Shown: positions 58,036 to 64,000 of the stretch, in pieces
Layout of the letters: each line of letters begins with the position of its first letter
Numbering within the stretch: position 1 is the first letter of the stretch
From: Alphaproteobacteria bacterium
Lineage (GTDB): Bacteria > Pseudomonadota > Alphaproteobacteria > UBA9219
DNA: 64,000 bases
Direction: 5' to 3'
NCBI GenBank assembly: GCA_041908065.1
Contig: JAYRGC010000050.1
Coordinates: 21,718-85,717 of the forward strand
The notes under the pieces: model-generated
What the model saw: only the letters and a program-made list of their open reading frames with translations
What the model was told of the DNA's origin: nothing
The model's database searches: none
Translations under genes and position numbers: made by a program

Positions 58036-59051
58036 GCTTTCTTGGCGGAAGTATAGACTTTTTTACAGGAACGCGATCTTCTCACATGGGTTCGTACCAG
58101 TATGTAGAACATGCTGGCACTCGAAACGGCAAAAGCATGTCCGGTGCGAAGTTGTGGGCTGAGATTGAAGCTGAAGAGCTAAAGGCAACTGAAACAAATT
58201 TGTTCAGTGCCGAAGAACGAATTTTGCGAAGTGTGGCAAAGGATGTTGGTGCTTACTTTCCAGATTGTTCCCCGATCCTTGAAATGGGAACAGGCACGCC
58301 AAATGCGTTTAAAAAGAAAACACTTCTTATTATGATGGCACTTCGAAGTACGGAATATATCTGCGTGGATGAATCTAGCGAATTTTTGAAGGGCCTAATC
58401 TCAAATAAGGCTCTTTCCAGATTTAAGGTTAGGCCGATTCTGGACGATTTCTTCGAAGGGGATAAACTCTATTTTGATGATCCTGAACGAGATGCTCTTA
58501 TTTGTATGTTTGGCAGCACCATCGGTAATATCGTCGCTCCTTTGGGCGATGCACCGCCAAGAGACGCCCTGATTGCACATTTGTCCATGATAGCGCAGAC
58601 AATCAACAAAGGTGGTCTTTTGGTATCATTCGACGCAGATATGAATGGGGAAAAGGTTGCAGCCTTTTATGCAAGACAGGCCCTTTTTCAGTTAAATACA
58701 TTCTTTCGTATGGCGGTGGAGTTACCGATAAAGGGAGACTTTGATCCCTATGCATTTGAGTACAAGCCGATGTGGTTTGCTCAATCTGGGACGCTAGCAC
58801 ATATGGCTATCGTCGCGCGCGATATGTCCTTCGAACTTGGCGGAAAGAGTATCTCTTTGGTTGCTGGACAAAAGTTGCACATGAAAAACTCATTCAGGTT
58901 CTCTCCTGCCTTCTTCTCCGATTGTTGTGAGAGTGCTGGGTTTGAGATTCTTAAAACGTGGAGAGATCCGTCTTTGACCAATGTTTATCTTTTGAAAAAG
59001 AAAACCGTTGCCGTTTCGCAAACTTCTGCAATCGTGAAGGCTGCATGTTAA
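58032..59051 (+). CDS. EgtD-family (Methyltransf_33, histidine N-alpha-methyltransferase-like) SAM-dependent methyltransferase
   Basis: ILEMGTGTPNAFKKKTLL (cf. EgtD LVELGSGTSEKTRMLL), YICVDESSEFL, and LICMFGSTIGNIVAP (cf. VVFLGSTIGNLTP); C-terminal KNSFRFSP...AGFEILKTWRDP. Confidence 0.65.
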   Translation: MSFLGGSIDFFTGTRSSHMGSYQYVEHAGTRNGKSMSGAKLWAEIEAEELKATETNLFSAEERILRSVAKDVGAYFPDCSPILEMGTGTPNAFKKKTLLIMMALRSTEYICVDESSEFLKGLISNKALSRFKVRPILDDFFEGDKLYFDDPERDALICMFGSTIGNIVAPLGDAPPRDALIAHLSMIAQTINKGGLLVSFDADMNGEKVAAFYARQALFQLNTFFRMAVELPIKGDFDPYAFEYKPMWFAQSGTLAHMAIVARDMSFELGGKSISLVAGQKLHMKNSFRFSPAFFSDCCESAGFEILKTWRDPSLTNVYLLKKKTVAVSQTSAIVKAAC

Positions 59052-59054
59052 AAC

Positions 59055-59345
59055 TTAGTGCTTCGCCGCCGCGCTTGATCCAGCAAGGCCGATGAGAAAA
59101 TTCATGACGGTCTCGAAGTCTTTGGCCGGCAGATAACGTAAATCGCTAACGCCGAAGACCCTTTGTGTGATCTCGAGGATTTCCGCTACGTCTGTCTTCA
59201 TTTCATGGGCGGCGTAGAATACGAGAGCGGTGAGTTTCTGTGCCTCTCTGAAGTTCAGCGCTCTGGAAAGGTCGTCGTCTCCACAGGGAGCAGCCTTCAG
59301 TTTGAAGGGGAGAACGTTTGAGGCAGTATCTTCGCTCATGGTCAA
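59055..59345 (-). CDS. Small conserved protein, member C of the second triplicated family
   Basis: EAQKLTALVFYAAHEMKTDVAEILEITQRVFGVSDL...VMNFLIGL. Confidence 0.5.
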   Translation of the reverse strand: MTMSEDTASNVLPFKLKAAPCGDDDLSRALNFREAQKLTALVFYAAHEMKTDVAEILEITQRVFGVSDLRYLPAKDFETVMNFLIGLAGSSAAAKH

Positions 59346-59457
59346 AATCCTTTTCTTAAAAGCCCCTAAAGCAATGCCCTATTATATCGTTAACGCAGCC
59401 CAAATTCAAAAGAATGCAGCGGTAAAAATCAGGCAAAACTTGATAAATGGTACGATT

Positions 59458-60957
59458 TTACGCTTGACTCACGACAAATGAAGCGGGCGACCCCGCGTTA
59501 ACCATGCCGTATGGCTGATCCTGAATGGGGGCGTCTTTCCCCACAAACTGATCCAAATCCTCCTTTGTGTATCGCACGCTGTTGCCGATTTTGACGAAGC
59601 TGGGGCCGCATTTGCGCCAGCGCCAGTTTTCGAGGAGGCGAGGATTGACGTTCAGGTATGTGGCGGCCTGTGCAGCGGTCATGAAACGTGGCAAGGCCCC
59701 ATTTGCCGTGAGCTGAAGTTTTTCCGCCAACGGTGATGCAACAGGCGGATCAACACACACTGCCGTTCCGTCGATGGTGATGCTTTCGCCTGGCTTGGGC
59801 AGGGCCAAAAGCCCGCCCAGTTCGTCCGTGATTTTGCTGGCCGCTTCGAGTACTGGATTGATGGCCAGATGGGCATAGCGGGCCGTCGTTTGCGTCTGCG
59901 TGTGGCCAAGCAACCGCCCGATCATCGGCAGGCTCATGCCCATCGCCACGGCGTTTGACGCAAAGGTATGCCGAAGGTCGTGAATGCGGACGTCCTCAAT
60001 CCCCGCCCATTTGCGGATATGCCGCCATGTCGTTTGCAGGTCGTTGATCGGTTTGTCGACGTGGTGATCCGAGCAAATCAGATAAGGATTTTCCGGTTTG
60101 CGTGGTAGGTGGCGCAAGAGGTCGATGGCCGTCCGTCCCAGATGAATGAACTTCGGCCCCGTTTTGGAATCCGGCAGACGGATTATGCCTCGGTCAAGAT
60201 GGACGTATTCCCATTTGCAATCCCTAATTTCCCCGAGACGCGCGCCGGTAAGGATTAAGAGCCGAAAGGCAGCAATGGCATAAGGCGAACTCAAACCCGC
60301 TTCCTCGGCCATGCGAAGCGTATCGCCGAGGCGGCGCATTTCGTCGGCGGAGAGGAAGCGCTCGCGCTTGTTCTCCTTGTACTTCTTGACATGACGGCAC
60401 GGGTTCGAGTTTTCCGGGCGCAGGCCCCAATCCTCCGCCGTGTTGAACATTTTGGAGAGCAGCGTCAGCGCGTGGTTCGCGCTGGAGGGAATCTTGTTCA
60501 TGCCGTGATGCAACTGCAGGATATGGGCGCGTGTGACTTCGGTAATCTTTAAGCGACCGAGGGAAGGCACAATCTGGCTTTTGATGATCCCTTCGTAACG
60601 GAGACGCGTACTGGGCTTCAGATGCACGTCCATGTGGAGTTTCTGGAAGCGTTCGCAAAACTCTTTCATATCGGGACAGGCCGCGAAGGCGTGCCGATCT
60701 TCCATCGGATCCTGTCCATCGCGGATAGAGGCGAGGGTCTTGAGCGCCTTGTCTCGCGCTTGTTCCGCCGTGATCGCTGGAAAGTAGCCCAGCGTCATGC
60801 GGCGGGTGCGGGTGCCAACGCGGTATTGCAGGATGAGGTTCTTCCTGCCCGAGGTCAGGACGCGAAGGCCGAAGCCGGACAGTTCGTCGTCGAAGACAAA
60901 ATAGTCTTTGCTCCGAACCTCCGCCGCCTCGATCACTCTTTTCGTCAACCGCGTCAT
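59458..60957 (-). CDS. int: Tyrosine-type site-specific integrase with fused C-terminal AlpA/Xis-like HTH domain
   Basis: Catalytic-domain motifs HDLRHTFAS...LLGHTQTQTTARYAHL; extra C-terminal ~110 aa containing MTAAQAATYLNVNPRLLENWRWRKCGPSFVKIGNSVRYTKEDLDQFV; start ATG 60957. Confidence 0.8.
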   Translation of the reverse strand: MTRLTKRVIEAAEVRSKDYFVFDDELSGFGLRVLTSGRKNLILQYRVGTRTRRMTLGYFPAITAEQARDKALKTLASIRDGQDPMEDRHAFAACPDMKEFCERFQKLHMDVHLKPSTRLRYEGIIKSQIVPSLGRLKITEVTRAHILQLHHGMNKIPSSANHALTLLSKMFNTAEDWGLRPENSNPCRHVKKYKENKRERFLSADEMRRLGDTLRMAEEAGLSSPYAIAAFRLLILTGARLGEIRDCKWEYVHLDRGIIRLPDSKTGPKFIHLGRTAIDLLRHLPRKPENPYLICSDHHVDKPINDLQTTWRHIRKWAGIEDVRIHDLRHTFASNAVAMGMSLPMIGRLLGHTQTQTTARYAHLAINPVLEAASKITDELGGLLALPKPGESITIDGTAVCVDPPVASPLAEKLQLTANGALPRFMTAAQAATYLNVNPRLLENWRWRKCGPSFVKIGNSVRYTKEDLDQFVGKDAPIQDQPYGMVNAGSPASFVVSQA

Positions 60958-61150
60958 GCTTTCCTGTCTCAGCTTGTGTCCTCGATCTCGCGCCGTTTTT
61001 TGGAAGCACTGTGGAAGCAAGAGGCTTCAAAACGGGGCGAAAACCTGATAGGCTCATGAAGCTGAAAAGGCCGCCGGAAGTCAACTAACGTATTGAAATA
61101 TCGTAGTAAATAGAAACGCTTCGCAATCCTTCAAAAACGGTTATATTGGG

Positions 61151-61196
61151 TTCGTAAAGCCAAGGTCGGGGGTTCAAATCCCTCCAACGGCACCAT
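61151..61196 (+). repeat. attR: 46-bp duplicate of the tRNA-Thr 3' half
   Basis: Identical to 7141-7186. Confidence 0.8.
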
Positions 61197-61252
61197 CTGG
61201 CCTTATATTGCGGCGCAAAAGCCGTTTCGCGCGTCCGCTCAGGAGTGGCGTT

Positions 61253-61942
61253 ATGGACATATTCTCCCTTTCCGAAGTGTCGGCATTTTTCCAGATCGTG
61301 CTTATCGATCTGACCATGGCCGGAGACAACGCGATCGTAGTCGGCATGGCGGCGGCGGGCTTGCCCGCCAAGGAAAGGCATAGGGCCATAGCGATAGGCA
61401 TCGCGGCGGCCACCGTATTACGCATAGTGTTCGCCATATTCACCGTGCAGCTTTTGGGCATAATCGGGCTGTTGCTGGCTGGCGGATTGCTGCTTTTGTG
61501 GGTGGCATGGAAAATGTATCAGCATTTGCGCCACGAAGCCCGCCAGCTGGCCGCCGCCGCTGCGTCTCCTGATGCGGCAACAGCGACGGCAACTGTCGAC
61601 GCCGCCGCGCAGCCGCACCATAAAAAGAGCCTGCGCGACGCCGTGACGCAAATAGTGGTGGCGGACGTTTCCATGTCGCTCGACAACGTGTTGGGCGTGG
61701 CCGGAGCGGCAAGGGATCATCTGTGGGTTCTGGTGACGGGACTTGCCTTGTCGGTTCTTTTGATGGGCGTCGCCTCGGCTTTCGTCGTGCGCCTTATGCA
61801 CCGTTTCCGCTGGATCGGCTATGTCGGTTTGCTGGTGGTGTTGTACGTAGCCCTGAAGATGATCTGGGACGGATGGCACGATATTAACGACAAGGTGGAT
61901 TTGGCCGGAATCGCCGATAACGTGATGAAGAGCGCTATGTGA
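61253..61942 (+). CDS. TerC-family integral membrane protein
   Basis: DNAIVVGMAAAGLP and repeated hydrophobic helices; AGGAG RBS. Confidence 0.65.
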   Translation: MDIFSLSEVSAFFQIVLIDLTMAGDNAIVVGMAAAGLPAKERHRAIAIGIAAATVLRIVFAIFTVQLLGIIGLLLAGGLLLLWVAWKMYQHLRHEARQLAAAAASPDAATATATVDAAAQPHHKKSLRDAVTQIVVADVSMSLDNVLGVAGAARDHLWVLVTGLALSVLLMGVASAFVVRLMHRFRWIGYVGLLVVLYVALKMIWDGWHDINDKVDLAGIADNVMKSAM

Positions 61943-61974
61943 CGCTAGTGCGCGTTCATAATCCCGTTGCGCTG

Positions 61975-62262
61975 TTTTTGGCTCTTACGCAAAACTGGTG
62001 GGTATTACCTTTCCAAAATAGCCGTCATTGCGAAGTTACGGCCAAAGGCCGTCATTGCAAAGTTACGGCCAAAGGCCGTCATTGCGAGCCGCCACCCTTT
62101 GGTTTGGACAGCGTTAACCCTGTCAGGCGGCGAAGCAATCCAGACCTTATGGAGCAACGACACTGGATTGCTTCGCCGCCAAGGGGCGGCTCGCAATGAC
62201 GGTGCTTGATGCTGCGTTTGGATGCAAAATTACCCACCTGTTTTGCGTAAGAGCCAATAATT
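61975..62262. repeat. Compound nested-palindrome interspersed repeat (tandem acggccaaaggccgtcattgc x3, ggcgaagcaatccag...ctggattgcttcgcc, ggcggctcgcaatgac, ttttgcgtaagagcc)
   Basis: Shares modules with 30-118 and 940-1300. Confidence 0.65.
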
Positions 62263-62264
62263 TC

Positions 62265-63662
62265 TTATTTGCGCTTTTTCTCGTAGGGATTGTCGCCCTT
62301 CCGCAGTTGCCAGCGGATCGGGACTCCGTCGAATCCGAAGGTTTCCCTCAGCCCGCCGATAAGAAAGCGCAGGTAGCTTTCCGGCAAATCGACCGGCTTG
62401 TTCACCCATAAGGCGAAGGTGGGCGGGCGGCTTTTCACCTGCGTCATATAGCGCAGCTTGACGCGGCGGCCTGACACTATCGGCGGCGGATGGTTGTCCT
62501 CCATCTTTTCCAGCCAGCGATTCAGGCGCGAGGTCGATACCCGCAAATTCCAAACGTCGTAGATGCGGATGACCTCCTTCATCAGCTTGTCCAGCCCCTC
62601 GCCGTTCAAGGCAGATATGGGAACGACCGGAACGCCGGACACTTGCGCCAACGATGCTTCGACCTTGGCCTTTATCATCTTCATAAGCTCGGGCTTGGCG
62701 TCGACCGTGTCCCATTTGTTGACGGCGATTATCAAAGCCCTTCCCTCCTCGGCGACGTGGCGGGCAATGGCGTAATCCTGCTTGTCGAAGGGCTGGGCGG
62801 CGTCGATCACCAATATGGCGACGTGGGCCAGCCTTATGGCGCGCTTGGATTCGTGCGCGCCCATTTTCTCCAATTCTTCTTCGATGCGGGAACGGCGGCG
62901 CAATCCGGCAGTGTCGACCAAACGTATCGGCCTGCCGCGATATTCCCATTTGATGGGTATGGCATCGCGGGTAAGCCCCGGTTCCGGCCCCGTCAGCAAA
63001 CGGTCTTCGCCGGTCAGGCGGTTCACCATCGTCGATTTTCCAGCGTTCGGGCGGCCGACTACGGCTATATGAAGATTGCTCGGAGCGGAATCCTCCTCGC
63101 CGTCATCCTCGCCTTCTCCTTCGTCAGAGGTGTCCGGCGCATCGTCATCGTCGCTGTCGGCTGCGTCGATGGCATATACGCTCAGCGCGGCAGCCAGATC
63201 GTCCAAGCCGTCGCCGTGCAAGGCGGAGATGGCGATGGTTTCAGGAAAGCCCAGTTCAGCCGTTTCGTTGTATCCGGCGGGCAAACGGGTGCTTTCGCAT
63301 TTGTTGACCAGAAGTATTACCGGTTTTCCGAGCTTGCGAACCTCGGCGGCGACGGTGCGATCCCCCTCGGTTAGCCCCGCCTTGCCGTCCACCATCATTA
63401 GTATGACATTGGCCGAGGACAAAGCCCTGAAGGTATGGTCGGCGGCGCGGGCGGCCAAGCTGCCTTTTTTGCGGGCGTTCTCAAGCCCCGCCGTATCCAT
63501 CAAGCGGAAACGCAAGCCGAAAAGCTCGCCGTCGCCGTCGCGCCAATCCCGCGTCACTCCCGGGGTATCGGCCACCAACGCCATCGATTTACCGATAAGG
63601 CGGTTGAACATCGTGGATTTTCCCACGTTGGGACGACCTACTATGGCGATAGTGAAAGCCAT
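62265..63662 (-). CDS. der: Ribosome-associated GTPase Der (EngA), two GTPase domains
   Basis: Two G-domains with GRPNVGKST and GRPNAGKST P-loops plus KH-like C-terminus. Confidence 0.9.
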   Translation of the reverse strand: MAFTIAIVGRPNVGKSTMFNRLIGKSMALVADTPGVTRDWRDGDGELFGLRFRLMDTAGLENARKKGSLAARAADHTFRALSSANVILMMVDGKAGLTEGDRTVAAEVRKLGKPVILLVNKCESTRLPAGYNETAELGFPETIAISALHGDGLDDLAAALSVYAIDAADSDDDDAPDTSDEGEGEDDGEEDSAPSNLHIAVVGRPNAGKSTMVNRLTGEDRLLTGPEPGLTRDAIPIKWEYRGRPIRLVDTAGLRRRSRIEEELEKMGAHESKRAIRLAHVAILVIDAAQPFDKQDYAIARHVAEEGRALIIAVNKWDTVDAKPELMKMIKAKVEASLAQVSGVPVVPISALNGEGLDKLMKEVIRIYDVWNLRVSTSRLNRWLEKMEDNHPPPIVSGRRVKLRYMTQVKSRPPTFALWVNKPVDLPESYLRFLIGGLRETFGFDGVPIRWQLRKGDNPYEKKRK

Positions 63663-63756
63663 GGCAACTCCTTGAAATTAGGGGAAAATCGAGCAAAAAA
63701 AACAGCTCGCGGCAGGTTATAACCAAGCCTCGCTATCAAACGTTTTTCCGAAAATA

Positions 63757-63833
63757 TGGTCGGAGCAGCGGGATTTGAACCCACGACCCCCAGTCCCCCA
63801 GACTGATGCGCTACCAGGCTGCGCTATGCTCCG
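63757..63833 (-). tRNA. tRNA-Pro (anticodon GGG)
   Basis: Reverse complement folds as cggagca...ctGGGgg...ttcaaat...tgctccg a cca. Confidence 0.75.
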
Positions 63834-64000
63834 ATACCATTTTGCGACGGTTTCCGAAGGACGCCGTTGCCGCGACGACAGCCCAAAGGCCGTCGGGGCG
63901 GCACTATATCCGTCCCCGCGCTTTGAAGCAACAACCCATGAAACAAGGTTAATTCCCCTGTTTGTAACCCGCAGGTTATGGCATTATACTCCCTCGCGGC

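Larger units (their letters stand above)
7187..61196. mobile_element. Integrated ~54-kb mosaic prophage / genomic island in tRNA-Thr(CGT) with lambda-like head genes, GTA-like tail genes and an AT-richer metabolic cargo block
   Basis: Flanking 46-bp direct repeats, tyrosine integrase at right end, full set of phage replication, packaging, head, tail and lysis genes. Confidence 0.8.

Noticed and set aside
59679-59909. 76-aa ORF and 60224-61084 286-aa ORF on minus strand near integrase
   Set aside because: They lie in alternate frames within the integrase gene. Arg/Pro-rich with no support.

Overview
This window is a GC-rich chromosome segment, most likely alphaproteobacterial, with host genes at both ends. 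The left flank carries a Met-rich phasin, mutL, tRNA-Arg(CCT), an EnvC-like M23 peptidase, gpmI, a methyltransferase and tRNA-Thr(CGT). The right flank carries a TerC-family membrane protein, der/engA and tRNA-Pro(GGG). Both flanks contain copies of a nested-palindrome interspersed repeat. A ~54-kb integrated element (about 7187-61196) sits between the flanks. It is inserted into the 3' half of tRNA-Thr(CGT), bounded by a 46-bp direct repeat (7141-7186 and 61151-61196), and ends with a tyrosine integrase that has a fused Xis/AlpA-like C-terminal domain. The element is a mosaic tailed prophage. It has an S24 repressor-like gene and an operator-like repeat array at the left end. Next comes a replication module: an AAA ATPase, an SF2 helicase, a PD-(D/E)XK nuclease, a Toprim/P-loop primase-helicase followed by iterons (putative ori), and a RuvC-like resolvase. 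This is followed by an apparently double-frameshifted C5 cytosine methyltransferase and a ParB-N/N6-or-N4 methyltransferase. The structural module has a lambda-like head (TerS, GpA-type TerL, gpW, portal, S49 protease, decoration D, capsid E) joined to an RcGTA-like distal tail (DUF2460, DUF2163, NlpC/P60, large host-specificity protein, DUF2793). The tail chaperone has a canonical -1 programmed frameshift. A tandem triplet of paralogous ~100-aa proteins and a lysis cassette (putative endolysin, Rz, embedded Rz1) follow. At ~44.4-45.05 kb there is a scar of decayed remnants: a degenerate serine-recombinase N-terminal fragment, a fragment of a fourth paralog and a Rz/Rz1 pseudo-copy. An AT-richer cargo block (GC judged by eye only) begins there. 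Its main feature is an 8-gene minus-strand operon encoding a C-P (phosphonate) pathway: HAD hydrolase, PEP mutase, phosphonopyruvate decarboxylase, an ATCase/OTCase-family carbamoyltransferase homolog, a P-loop protein, an aldehyde dehydrogenase, a SAM methyltransferase and an HD-domain protein. To its right is a higher-GC regulatory and unknown region. It holds a NUDIX-terminated operon, three paralogous XRE-HTH proteins, a second triplicated small-protein family, direct TTTGGAC repeats and an EgtD-family methyltransferase coupled to a regulator. I consider the prophage-borne phosphonate operon with its unusual carbamoyltransferase-like member the most interesting candidate for a previously undescribed system. 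All calls come from reading the sequence and the ORF translations; no database searches were run.
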